NCBI GenBank assembly: GCA_000934665.2
Contig: KZ539566.1
Span: 1-40,166 of the forward strand
Reading direction: 5' to 3'
Length of the DNA stretch: 40,166 bases
From: Catajapyx aquilonaris
Lineage: Eukaryota
In this document: in pieces, positions 12,927-24,141 of the stretch
Position numbering within the stretch: the first letter of the stretch is position 1
How the letters are laid out: each line of letters starts with the position of its first letter
The notes under the pieces: model-generated
Database searches by the model: none
Told to the model about the DNA's origin: nothing
The model's input: the letters and a program-made list of their open reading frames with translations, nothing else
Position numbers and translations under genes: made by a program

Positions 12927-13154
12927 TAATAATAATAATAATTCATACCCCGTTATCAGCCAGCTGCTCTTTAGGGGGGATTTATTTTTTTGACTGGAAC
13001 TCTTTGTTTCGTTTTTACTGCGCTTTTTGGGATAGGATAGGAAAGGAAGGAGGCGGCTGTGGCCTATTAGTTTTAGGAAACAACTCCGAAATTCTCCTGG
13101 AGGAACCGTGGGAAACCACAGAAAACCACGGTTAGAGTTGCCGGCACCGGGATT
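12927..13154 (-). mobile_element. 5'-truncated SINE (family B) with (TTA)n tail and 18-bp TSD
   Basis: CATCCTTCATCATCCCTT at 12909-12926 and 13155-13172; begins at a B-box remnant GAATCCCGG; insect-SINE-like body GTGGTTTTCTGTGGTTTCC...AGGCCACAGCCGCCTCCTTCC. Confidence 0.8.
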
Positions 13155-14066
13155 CATCCTTCATCATCCCTTACTGCTGAGTAAGGGATCCTTCATCATC
13201 TCTTACTCAGCAGTTCAGGTGAAAAGAGAGGTTGGGCAGCAGGGAAGTTGCACCACAAAATAACTAGGATATAATACTAGGGGAATTGTGGAGGCAAAAT
13301 AAGGAGCCATAAAATATTCTGAGAGGCCCAAATTAAAATTCTCCACATGTAACTTATATACTTATCATTGACAGCACAAGACACACAGATTAGCATGCAC
13401 CCTCAGGTCAACTGCCCAGCATACCCATGCATTAGACTACTACTACCCTTGGGACAAGTAGGTTGTACATTCAACCTTAATGGTTGGAAAGTCCAATAAA
13501 CACCTTAAATGCCTCTGAGGTCAGCTCAACATCCCTTTAGCTGACGAGCAGAAGGCTCAAGCAGGCAATTTCACACTGGCAATTCACCAGCCACTTTCAA
13601 GCTCACCGGTATCCTGTCAGGCGCGTAGTATCGATCGTGTGTGAGTTGTCCTCTCCCTGGCCTCCCCTGCTGACCAATCCCGGGCAGGGGGAGGCAACCA
13701 GGCAACACCCAGGCAACCTCATTTTGACGTCATTAGCTCTCACTCTTTGACTGTCGAGTGCGGACGGCCTCGGCCAGTATACGGTTCCATGTGCATCCCA
13801 TTGGACAGCTCATTTCCTGGAGTTTCCAATGGTATAAGTAATACATGCCATGGGTGAGCATCAAGAAGATTGGAGGAGAATGAACATTAGTGTCTGTGAT
13901 TTTATCACTGTGATGTGGATGTGCACTGGGGCATTTTTTCCCCAACTATTGTGAAAATTCTTGGAATGGGTGGCATCAAATATCACTGTTTATGTTCTAT
14001 CTTAGGCTTTGCTAGATTTGAACCTGAGTTGTAATGGACAACAGAAATGGGATTTTCTTCTTTCAG

Positions 14067-14312
14067 ACAGCTTTTTGGTGGCACCAGAGGTATGCCTTTA
14101 TTCATCAACATGTGTCGATGGAGCTGTCTCCAACCCTTCTGAAAGGCATTATCGATGGAATAATTTGTACTGGCAGTCTATTTGAGATCCGGGATATTCC
14201 AATTGTGAAAACATGGTACCACCTTCCTATGCACTGTACCAGAGGGACCTAGATTGTGAGAAGCAGATGGAGCTAGCCATGGATATATCTGGGATGGCTA
14301 TCTCACTGGAAG
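14067..14312 (+). CDS. TTC27: TTC27 exon with internal frameshift (TAFWWHQRYAFIHQ...WYHL / YALYQRDLDCEKQMELAMDISGMAISLE-G)
   Basis: ttctttcag acceptor, gttagt donor; WWxxR..IHQ motif; homology switches frame at 14225/14226. Confidence 0.85.
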
Positions 14313-14371
14313 GTTAGTTTTCTTATTACGAATGTAGCCTGATATTATTTCTAGAACCTATTCTTAAACAG

Positions 14372-14487
14372 GAGCAGTGGAAAAACGTACCCATCACGCG
14401 AAATTGCTATTGGCGCAGCCCACGTTTGAAATAACGAAGACTAATTCTCCAGATGTGCCTTTAGTAGATGAACAATATTTGCCCAAG
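14372..14487 (+). CDS. TTC27: TTC27 exon (G-AVEKRTHHAKLLLAQ...YLPK)
   Basis: aaacag acceptor, gtactg donor, phase 1 to 0; corresponds to the GxLGKRTxFQ..AQL motif. Confidence 0.82.
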
Positions 14488-14571
14488 GTACTGTAGTACT
14501 TTTTAATAATATTTTAATATTGCAATTTTGAGTAATTGCATTTGAAATAATATTTCTTCGTGCAAATGTAG

Positions 14572-14684
14572 GATTTACAGATTGATGATAATCTTCGCTT
14601 CGAGAAAATCAGCTTACAGGATTCCGAAGATGGCTTAATTCCAGCACTCTCACCATTGGAACAAGCTGTACTTCTTTCTAATTA
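14572..14684 (+). CDS. TTC27: TTC27 exon (DLQIDDNLRFEKI...LSPLEQAVLLSN)
   Basis: tgtag acceptor, gtatgt donor, phase 0 to 2; LxLxDD..L and L..xEQA.LL motifs. Confidence 0.85.
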
Positions 14685-14746
14685 GTATGTACTATAACAA
14701 CTTGGTAATTATTCTGATGAAATCTGACTTGATAAATTTATTGCAG

Positions 14747-14813
14747 CTCTACGGTCAAATTGATGACATCACATGATGCTGTGCAGGAGGGGGAGCTCAT
14801 GGTATATTTAACT
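14747..14813 (+). CDS. TTC27: TTC27 exon (STVKLMTSHDAVQEGELMVYLT)
   Basis: ttgcag acceptor, gtgagt donor, phase 2 to 0. Confidence 0.8.
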
Positions 14814-14874
14814 GTGAGTGTCACATATTAATTGTTGAGTAGTTGTCATATGACAAGCACATTTTGTTTTTCAG

Positions 14875-14988
14875 GGAGTTTTAGGGCATCCCACTGTTTG
14901 GAGCATCAAGATGGCTGCCCTTTTGCATCGTTGCAAGCTGGAGTTTGGGCATTCACGGACTGTAGACCGGGCTATCAAGCAGTGTGAG
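14875..14988 (+). CDS. TTC27: TTC27 exon (GVLGHPTVWSIKMAALLHRCKLEFGHSRTVDRAIKQCE)
   Basis: ttttcag acceptor, gtatgg donor; W.I..AL..R.KLE....RTVERA motif. Confidence 0.9.
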
Positions 14989-15427
14989 GTATGGAGTACA
15001 AAGGGAAGGTGAATGATGCATACTGTAGCTACTTTGTTCCAAGATGACATGAATGATAAGGTGGTACCAAGAGAAGGCTGGTGTCATTTATCCCATGGAA
15101 TGAGGATTGTTAGAGTTCATAAGAACTGAGAAAGCAAATGATTAGGCAGGATGCCCAAGGGAAGTATGCAGTGACAGAAACAGCCATTACTTTTGAATCA
15201 TTATAGGTGTGTATTTAGTGTTGATTGTTGTGTGATAATGTTCAAAGAAAAGTATGTAGACTGAATTTGACATTTGATTCGTGTTCTTGGTTTTCATGAC
15301 AATAATAATAAGATCAAAATCATTTCCTTCAATGAAAAAATGGTAGTAAGACCTCCATGATGGCGGAATGAAAGTACTGAAACAAGGCAGGTGCACGTAA
15401 GACCTTCCCAGATTGATTAAAGCTGTA

Positions 15428-15515
15428 CTATGGGTGCCAAAAGAATTGACCGGAACTGTTGGGTATATGGCGCTATATACCCATCAACTCCGGTCAATTC
15501 TTTTGGCGCCCATAG
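15428..15515. mobile_element. 88-bp hairpin MITE (CTATGGG...CCCATAG), TA TSD
   Basis: Almost fully palindromic; empty site visible in the inverted copy at ~20585-20605. Confidence 0.88.
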
Positions 15516-15540
15516 TACCACAGGTCTTACTCAAACAATT

Positions 15541-16338
15541 GAAGACCACAATTCAATATAGGCCCAATTGTGAAAATAGAAAATGTCCAGGAAGCGAAAA
15601 AAAACTATTTATTTCTGTTTCTGTTCATGGTAGGCAATTGTGCTCTAAACCTAATTACAGATATGTACAACATGAATACCTGACAGCACTTTCATTGAAA
15701 TGTCCATGTAATTTATATTTTATTTAAATACTTTAAATGCTCACAATTGGGCCCTTATTGCATTGTATCATTCGTTTGGCTGAAATATGGAGAAATAAAC
15801 CGTCTCAGGATAAAATTAATGAAGATTATGATATACGGCAGACAAAGTATATGTTCAGAGTAATTACTCATTATATTTAATTAAATTTAATGTGTTTTGG
15901 TCTCCCATGCCACCTTTTCAAGTAGTGGCCATTTTTGCCCACTTCCGGAGGGCATAGGTCAAAGATTTTTTGGTGACATATAGACCCACAAGTCTACTTT
16001 ATTTTCCACTAGGTTTAGCTGCCTGAGAGGGGAACATTATAATGGTAAAGTAACGCATCTCCTGGAGAAGTAGCGCTTAGACAAAATTCACGTCGCGCTT
16101 AAAATCACTGCTATTTTCAAATCACGTGTCACTTGTAGTGCATTAAAATCGCGCTTTTCAAAAGTGACAATCGCGTTTTGGTCCGTTGATGGTTAGAAGC
16201 CCCTTTTAGGCATTACTAGTGACATTTTGGCTCTTCTTGCATTTTATACGGATGGACATCCACCAGAGGAAGTACAATATGCCATAAAAGCATTTACGTA
16301 AAAATTGATAGATGGGCCCTAATTGCATTGTGGCATTC
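15541..16338. mobile_element. Non-autonomous DNA transposon with AATT TSD (Sola1-like target)
   Basis: TIR GAAGACCACAATTCAATATAGGCCCA / TGGGCCCTAATTGCATTGTGGCATTC; AATT on both sides; empty site at ~20560-20585. Confidence 0.75.
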
Positions 16339-16365
16339 AATTCTCAATGTACTGCTCATCAAGTC

Positions 16366-16531
16366 TCGGAACCATTCCGAACCTACTTATATTGTCAACG
16401 CTCCTGCTTGCAGATTCAATCATCAGCCACCCGAATGCGATTTGGACCGTTCCAATTGGTGGCTGATGGTTGAAAATGCAAACAGGAGCTGATTGGGAGT
16501 TGACAATATAAGTAGGCTCAGAACGGTTCCG
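16366..16531. repeat. Imperfect palindrome (MITE core)
   Basis: TCGGAACC...CCTACTTATATTGTCAAC ... GTTGACAATATAAGTAGG...GGTTCCGA. Confidence 0.75.
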
Positions 16532-16682
16532 AATGCGTCGGCCCGAATGCGTTTTGATCCAGGGCTCTAAGTTATATCCGCGTATTCGGACTCTACACCG
16601 GCGATAGCGGACCAGCTAAGCGCAAGGGAAAAGAGAGCGAGTTGCGGGGTGCTGTTCAGCAGCACGAAGAGTTTGACAAGAT

Positions 16683-17305
16683 TGTAATGGCACACAGGAG
16701 GGCCAGTGCATACATTAAACTCGTGACTTATTGATTTGACATGTCACCAGCTGATGCTTGATAGCCATCAACTGATCAGGTTCTTTTCGGTCTCTTGGGT
16801 TACACCAAAGAAGCGCAAGCCAAAGGGGGCGTTTTCATGGTTTATTGACTAACACTACGACATAGGACAATAATCTAGCATTGGGATATAAATGCAATGA
16901 CCCATACAACAGCTCTAACCTGTATGTATGCGTGCGGGGTCGTCTTGGTTGGTCATCGGGAAAGACCGGTTGGCCTCCTAAGTAGAATTCAGGTGGACCG
17001 TCCCACCTGGCGGTCTTGGGTTGACTTGCTGGTCCGGCGTGTCTGGGCCTCCTCGTCGGGGCTTCCCTCCCCTTTCGAATCTCCTCTTCACCCTGGACTC
17101 GACTCTCCTGTCTCTGTTCTGCAAGGGCGGGGCGCTGGCTTTTATAGTCCCGGTCGCCCTCCTTGTGTCAGAGCTGCTATATGTCCCTATTTCCTTACGC
17201 TGATCATACTGTTTCTGTGGCCAAATACTGTCCCGCGCGTATCCGGCGTCAGCTTATTCCTGAGTGTTTGGGTAACGCTTTACTTTAAGGCTGAGCCGTG
17301 TCACA
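16683..17305 (-). mobile_element. Probable solo LTR
   Basis: TGT...ACA ends; on the minus strand CTATAAAA (~17140) precedes AATAAA (~16845, ~16730); no TSD seen. Confidence 0.5.
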
Positions 17306-17788
17306 TTAGTTAAGCCAAACGGTTGGAGCTAAGTGAATTCTGCAATAAGTTTTTGCTAAATGTTTTCCTGTTTGTCGCACCTCAACCTAAGGGTGACAGA
17401 CACAGTGAGGAGGAATTCATGAATTCTTCAATTGAATCGTGGAAATCAAAACCGCGCTATGTTGCATTTTCAAGATTTGCGAATCTCGACCTTATTGAAC
17501 GGAGCCCAAAGTAAGGAAAATATGAATCGCACATGAGTGGTATTGGTATCCATGGAAAGATTTGCCGAACCTGTCGACATACCATGTGGTCCGACCCCCA
17601 CGAGTTGGACTGCATGGCAGGCGACAGTTGCCTACGTGCTGTGTGCAGTGCATTGTCGTTTAAGAAAGTCATTTTGTGAGCTCCCCGGGTGGTTAGACTA
17701 GCGGAGATCCCACCCAAGACGAAGCCTGAGACGACATCGAACTTCGAGATAGGGGGGGNNNNNNNNNNNNNNNNNNNNNNNNNNNNNN

Positions 17789-17848
<60 letters not shown>
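17789..17848. repeat. (GA)n microsatellite next to an assembly gap
   Basis: GA run directly after the N gap at 17759-17788. Confidence 0.95.
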
Positions 17849-17850
<2 letters not shown>

Positions 17851-17851
<1 letters not shown>

Positions 17852-17918
17852 CCTGGGATTGGTATCGAACCCGTGACCCTGATATACGTGGGCGAATACG
17901 TTACCGCAGCGCTACTCC
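17851..17918 (-). ncRNA. tRNA-like Pol III head (SINE-type pseudo-tRNA)
   Basis: Minus strand GGAGTAGCGCTGCGGTAACG...GGGTTCGATACC, with A-box/B-box spacing, followed by (TC)n. Confidence 0.55.
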
Positions 17919-19472
17919 ACATCCCCTGCGTATGTTACACTTTAGAGAGATTCATTATGCTGACATAAACTATTATCAGACCCCGAACACGGGGGGGAAT
18001 ATGCGACACACCTCTACGTATTTAGAACACCGCATCATGTGCCACTGGACCGAAGAAATCGGGAACCCAGCAGTGTACCTAGATTCCGTGCACTTCCTTT
18101 CATTCGATATTCCATGGAGCGTAAAACCACGCTATGTTCGGGGTATGCTGCAGGTGGGGGGTGTACTACTGCCGCTCACTGTACGGCTCCTGCTTGAGCT
18201 ACGAGCGTCGAACCACTTGGTAGAGGTTTAGTTTCTCCGGAACTATTTTTCCCGCACTCTATTCTGCGAATCATAATTGCGAGTTTCGTGCATCATAAAT
18301 TTCATTTTCGCCAAACATGGTGTGGTTTTACGCTCCATGGCGGTGTGGAAATCAAAACCGCGCTATGTTTTTTGGGCCTCAGCGGGGGGGTCCAACTGTC
18401 ACTTGCCATTCAGTGGTCATTCGACTCGCTGGGGTCGGACCACTTGGTATGTCGACAGGTTTGGCAAATCTTTACGTGGATACCAATACCACTCATGTGC
18501 GATCCGTATTTTCGTTATTATAGGCTTCGTTCAATAAGGTCGAGATTCGCAAATCTTGAAAATGCAACATAGCGAGGTTTTGATTTCCACGATTCAATTG
18601 TTATTGGAGTGCAGAAAGAGACGTAGACTGCACACTACACAATTCTGCAAGCTCACAACTAAATGGTGTGCTCGGAAAACAGATAGAATCAAAACACCTT
18701 AATTTTAAGGGCGGTAGCCCTTAAGTAAGACTGTAGCATAACGTTTCAACAATGAATTTTTCCTGTTTCTTCTTCTTGTTGTTGTTACGTTTTTTTCAAT
18801 CGCCCTAACTCAGATTCTGCTGTAGGTAGAGCTTCCAAATTTTGAACACAGATCCCCACCATTGTGAATTGATTTCCTACCATTTACACTTTTACTTAAT
18901 TCCTCTTCAAAACGCCGCAAAAAATTCGAGACCACTGAAAAATACGTTTTCATTTTTTTGCTCAATAACAATTCGGAATACGGTTTCATCGTCAAAGGGC
19001 CGAAGGTGCAGTGGGATGGTGCGGATCTATGTTCAAAATCTCACAGTTCCCACTGCTACAGGATTGGAGCTGCGATTTTTTTTTACCTCGTATTTTTTCT
19101 TTCATTAATTCATTTGTTCATGACGCCATCACCTAGAAACGTCAATACTTATTTACCACCTCGCCATATTGTTATTAGCCGAATGTTACCCTGCCGCTGG
19201 TTCCTTTTCCAATTTTTATTGGACCAGGTTATGGACCAATGCGAATAATAAGGTCAGGAGTGAGTTCACAACATTTGCATGAAGGGGAACTCATGGAAAA
19301 GGGTCATAAAAACCTTATCTGACGCAGAATATGACCAGGGGTCCTCCAAGGCAACAAGCAAAATAAACGCAAAACAGATAGGATATTTAGATGAGTCACA
19401 GAGGCGAAGTTATTAATGGAATTGCGAGAGCGAAGGTGCTCAGATGTTCTCAAGATTATGCTTCAAAAGATA

Positions 19473-20416
19473 GTGTAGGGGAGACCGGGGCACAGTGGAC
19501 CACTTTTGCACATTTGAATTTTTATATACCTACCTGTTATACCTACACACCCCATATTTTCAGGCATGGTGGAGACACTCCTTGGTAATATAAGTCACTA
19601 CTATATTCACAGGCAGTGCCATCCTTTTGGCTTTAAAAAAATTTAGAAGCGACCCCCTGCAAATGGTCCACTGTACCCCGATAGGTGGGGCACAATGGTC
19701 CGGAAGTGATTGGGACCCCTAATTCACACAAGAAGTTTATTACCATTGGCTAACATTTTTTTACAGCTGTTCATTTTGAGGACTGTGTCAACATCACAGT
19801 TTTGCCCCTTTTTTCTACCTAATTCACATTTTAAAAATCATTGTCTCACTTTTTTTTTACAGTTGTTCATTTGGAGGGCGGTTTGTCAAAATCACAGTTT
19901 TGCCCTTTTTCTACCTAATTCACATTTTTTAAATAATTGTCTCACATTTTTTTTACAGCTGTTCATTTCGGGACACAGTGTGCATTTCGGGGCACAGTGG
20001 TACATGGACCACTGTGCCCCGCAAACGACTGGACCACTGTGCCCCGGACGGCAGCAACTGACAATGCTATGATTGTAACTTCGATTGCAAGTTAGGCTTA
20101 CCAAACTTGCGGTAATTCATGGGCAAAGGGCGGAACTATTCCACAAGATTTTTATATCAGGCTCATGCCCAACATCTACGCCTGAAGTGGCATTTAAACT
20201 GTGGGTTAGTAATTTACTTCACTTATCTTCAAATCGATTTCGCTGGATATCTATCGATCGATCGATTGCTAACCGTTGCCAGCCATGTTGGCAGGAGCAT
20301 GGCAGTGACTTGTTTCACTTGGTACCAGATGAAAAAAATTTGGCGGCTTTTTCGATTTTTAAAATGGAAAGGTCCACTGTGCCCCGTGGTCCACTGTGCC
20401 CCAGTCTCCCCTACAT
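19473..20416. mobile_element. pogo/Fot1-like MITE, TA TSD
   Basis: TIR TGTAGGGGAGAC(C/T)GGGGCACAGTGGACCAC; repeated internal GGACCACTGTGCCCC motifs; ~97-bp internal duplication at 19757-19965. Confidence 0.88.
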
Positions 20417-20800
20417 TAGAACTGCTTGTGGACTTATAAAAGATGTGAAAAGACGCTGTGAAAAGTAGGGTTAAGAAACCTGGGGGGGTCCGAAACTTTC
20501 CGTCCACCCTGTAGTACGACAGAAATTCTACAAATTTGTTTTCAGAAAGGAGATTTCATGAGTAGTAAATTGGTAATTGCTTGAGTAAGACCTATGGTAC
20601 AGCTTAAATCAATTGGTGAAGGTCTTACGTGCGCCTGCCTTGTTTCAGTACCTTCATTCCGCCGCGGAGGTCTTACTTCTCTTTTTTTTACTGAAGGGAA
20701 AGTTTTTGATCTAATAGTCCACTCTGTATCCTAGAAATGGAACAATTGAAGCGCTTGGTGAAAGAACCAGGTAGCTCCACTTTTCATGGAAAATGAGTTA

Positions 20801-20948
20801 GGGCCAGTTGCACCGGCCTCAGTATAACTTAGAACCTCGGGTATAACAAGAATTGCCATAGCAATCATTGTTGGTCAACAATGATTGCTATGGCAATTCT
20901 TGTTATACCCGAGGTTCTAAGTTATACTGAGGCCGGTGCAACTGGCCC
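20801..20948. mobile_element. PIF/Harbinger-type MITE, perfect 148-bp palindrome
   Basis: GGGCCAGTTGCACC ends, TTA TSD, 73-bp perfect arms around a 2-nt centre. Confidence 0.92.
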
Positions 20949-21030
20949 TTAATCATGGGATCCTATGAAGAAAAAAAAACTCCATAATTTGGTCAAAGAA
21001 TCATGTATCTCCAAGCTTTCCTCGAGACAT

Positions 21031-21238
21031 GAGATGTCGACCTTTTACATTGATGATGTCCCTCCTTTCAAGTGTTGATACCTCCATGCATGCCTCCATT
21101 GCTGGTTGCTGGAGTCAGCCGCTCGAACCTCCAAATAGTAGCTCAACCGCCAGACTCCGGCAACCAGCAATGCAAGTATGCATGGGGGTATCCACACTTG
21201 AAAAGATGGACATCATCGATGTCAAAGGTCGACGTCTT
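21031..21238. repeat. Imperfect ~85-bp-arm hairpin
   Basis: GTCGACCTTT...ATTGCTGGTTGCTGGAGTC versus GACTCCGGCAACCAGCAATG...AAAGGTCGAC. Confidence 0.75.
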
Positions 21239-21339
21239 GGAAACAGATCGTCGCTGGCCCTTTGGACCCATTCCCGGCTAGGGGAAAAGGAAGGGGTTGA
21301 CAAAGGTTCAATGTATTGCCTGTGTCTGGGCCGATGGTC

Positions 21340-21638
21340 CAAAAGAGCAGGCACTATTAATAGCCCAAAAACTTGGTATGACAAAATTAAGTGCTTCAAA
21401 TGAGTGGCTGGAAAGTTTCCGCAACAGGCACAGAATTTCGCCAAAAAAAGTGTGTGGTGTGGGGTGGACTGATTTTGCACCATATTGAAAGTAAGGTGCT
21501 TATTTTTGACCTCCCCATTTTCGTCTTTTTCAGTGGCAAAAATTTCAGTAACTTCCTTGATCTGAATATAGCGGAAACCTTTCCATTACGGAAAAATTTT
21601 AGGGTCCTGTGCGATTCCGCAATACACAGGTTTCACTG
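21340..21638 (+). mobile_element. Tigger/pogo transposase remnant (CENP-B-type HTH) with right TIR
   Basis: EQALLIAQKLGMTKLSASNEWLESFRNRHRI matches A..LG...FxASxGWL..FK.RH.I; ends GGTTTCACTG|TA. Confidence 0.75.
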
Positions 21639-22054
21639 TACTACAGAATATCGTGCAAGTTTTGTGTGATCCATGAAGTATGATAAATGTGATAAGAACT
21701 ACATTTGTACTATTCTCTTTAATCCGAAAGAGTTTAATCATATTAACTATTACACTGTAACACATTTTTAAATAACGGTATGTAGATTGCAGAACTAGAC
21801 ATGGTAATTCTGCCAAATCCTCGATTCCCAACTTAACATTAGTCAGTCCTGAGAGGAGATGTAGTCCATATTAAGTTGGTTGTACTAGATTTTGCCAACA
21901 ACCAAGATTTGCAATTGCAGCCATACATTTTAAAGTCTTATGAACATTCCAAGTTATGATTTCATCTTGTTATCTTCATCAGTATAGATCAATTGAGTTA
22001 TTTGTCACCATTATTTGCTTTACTTGGGGAAGTACAATTGAGTTCATTTTGCAG

Positions 22055-22447
22055 GAGTTAATATCCAGCACCCTGAGGCAGAAGCCAACATCCTACAACC
22101 GCCTCAAGTACTTCTATTGTTCAGGCATGCCAGCACGCCATGCAATTAAGAAGGAAATGGCAGACATGCTTCTGGCTGTTCCACTGCTCAAGTCTGCTCT
22201 GGATATTTATTTGGAGCTGGAGATGTGGGAAGAAGTCATCATCTGTTACCATGCCTTGGGTTTAAAGCACAAGGCTGAGGAAATAGCTAGGCAGGAGCTA
22301 GCAAAAGAAGAGACTCCTCGCATGTGGTGCCTCCTTGATGATGCCACACAGGACACAGACCACTACCAGAGGGCATGGGAGCTGTCCAAAGGGAAGAGCA
22401 GGAGGGCCAAAGCACAATGGGGGACACTGCTATTCAATCAGAACAAG
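22055..22447 (+). CDS. TTC27: TTC27 exon, TPR region (ELISSTLRQK...LEMWEEVIICY...AWELSKGKSRRAK...NQNK)
   Basis: ttttgcag acceptor, gtatcc donor, 131 codons; LEMWE.V..CY, KAEEI.RQEL.K.ETP and AWELS motifs. Confidence 0.95.
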
Positions 22448-22948
22448 GTATCCAATCTCATTTTAGGCAGTAACACCATAATAATGGTGACAAACTGTTT
22501 CTTGATTCTTTATAATATAAAGCTACATGGTAGGCCTACCCATCAGAGCATATCCAGAAATGGATAGGCTCTAGTAGCCATGGTAAAAATGGCATGAAGT
22601 TGTATTTCACTAATTCAAAGGTATGTGACTCTCTTCCCCACACCATCACTCAGTATGCATAAATGCAGATAATTATTGTTTTAACACAGGACATCCGCCA
22701 AGTGTCAGTCTAAGATTTTCTTCAAACTTTGCAGTGAAGTAATCCACCCTCAGTAATGTGTAAAGTTATTTTTTTCACAATGCTGGGTGGAATTTTCGTC
22801 CTACTACTAACCTATTACTGCTAGCTACTGCTAGCCACTTCCAAGGTGTGTCCGCCCACATTGGGGTCCTAGCCTACATTTAGCAAACCCATGTAAAAAA
22901 TCTTCCCAATTTTTAAATTAATATAGGTGGTTTTTGTTTTGAGAAATA

Positions 22949-24141
22949 TTAGGTATAGTAAGTTCCCGTCCCGGCCACGGAAGGCCGGCAGGTGACACGG
23001 AGACAGGTGCTGCTGTGGTTGGCTGTGAGGTACCCTCGCGAGCATAAAGATAGAGACGGCAGGCCCTTTTTTGACATTTTTTAAATCCGACTCAAATTAA
23101 TGAACTATTTTTGGACCGAGTTAGCTGCTTCAGGCGTGTGTTCATGTATTTATGACAGTATATTTGATACTGTAATTGCTGAGATTGGCAGAGCAGCCTG
23201 CCGAAGGTGAGGGGCCTGCTGTCTCCATCTTTATGCTCGCGGGTGTACATTCGCAATCGCCAAGCTGGCCAAGAGTGAACTCTGTGTGCTACGTAATAGC
23301 TGCGGTACACAGTCGAAAAATGTCGTTCACCATATCAGGCGCGTCCAAGGCGGAAGAACAGGCATTAATTCAGTTCCTGTGTGCAGAGGGAGCGGGACCG
23401 AAGGAGATTCATACACGCATGAGGGCTGTGTATGGAGACACTTGCGTGGCGTACTCGACAGTGAAGGACTGGGTACGCCATTTCCGCAGTGGTCGACAAG
23501 GCACGTCGGACATGGCACAATCAGGCCGACCTGTTAGCGCCTCCAACGATGCAAGCCTAGTGTGCGTCGAGGGGTTGGTTCAAAGTAATCGGCGCTTGTC
23601 CATCGACTGATGCTGAGCAGGCATGCATCAGTCACGGCACGGCGTACAACATCGTTAATAACGTCCTTGAGTATCGCAAGGTGTGTAACCAGTGGGTCCC
23701 ACGCTACCTCACAGCAGATCAATGCACGTTGCGAATGAGCCTGTCATTGCAACACCTGCAGCGGTACGAAAGCGTGCGTGACCGTGCCATGTCCGACGTG
23801 CCTTGTCGACCACTGCGGAAATGGCGTACCCAGTCCTTCACTGTCGAGTACGCCAGGCAAGTGTCTCAATACACAGCCCTCATGCGTGTATGAATCTCCT
23901 TTGGTCCCGCTCCCTCTGCACACAGGAACTGAATTACTGCCCGTTCGTCCGCCTTGGACGCGCCTGATATGGTGAACGACATTTTTCGACTGTGTACCGC
24001 AGCTATTATGCAGCACACCGAGTTCACTCTTGGCCAGGTTGGCGACTGCGAATGTACCTCACAGCCAACCACAGCAGCACCTGTCTCCGTGTCACCTGCC
24101 CGCCTGCTGCGGCAGGGACAGGAACTTATTGACTATACTAA
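22949..24141 (+). mobile_element. Mariner-derived fold-back element made of two 5' halves
   Basis: Transposase N-terminus (ALIQFLCAEG..PKEIH..M..VYG..W.RHF.SGR..SGRP, then WVPRYL) on +; 23782-24141 is an inverted copy of 22949-23517; TA flanks. Confidence 0.88.
23033..23245. mobile_element. MITE family C (C..CGCGAGCATAAAGAT.GAGAC TIR), TA TSD
   Basis: TIRs present; absent from the mirrored arm at ~24055; second copy at 31387. Confidence 0.88.

Larger units (their letters stand above)
17429..18600. mobile_element. Fold-back element with ~175-bp TIRs (CAATTGAATCGTGGAAATCAAAACC...)
   Basis: 17429-17605 is the reverse complement of ~18428-18600; the AAAACC(G/A)CGCTATGTT motif recurs internally at ~18120 and ~18350. 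Confidence 0.85.
15310..20712. mobile_element. Large old element (or inverted repeat pair) with ~165-bp inverted ends, containing many nested insertions
   Basis: 15310-15427 + 15516-15540 + 16343-16367 rejoined is the reverse complement of ~20550-20712. Confidence 0.6.

Noticed and set aside
14216..14244. A GT..AG micro-intron that would repair the TTC27 frameshift
   Set aside because: The frame-restoring version is only 29 nt, about half the size of the smallest introns here (59-84 nt), and it would delete conserved residues; the 27-nt alternative does not change frame
17689..18231. ORFs spanning N gaps or microsatellites (also 881..1090, 36533..37166, 37340..37760)
   Set aside because: Artefacts of gaps and simple repeats
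21956..22567. 203-aa single-exon gene from the ORF track
   Set aside because: Only 22055-22447 is TTC27-like and it is bounded by splice sites; the rest is intron read-through
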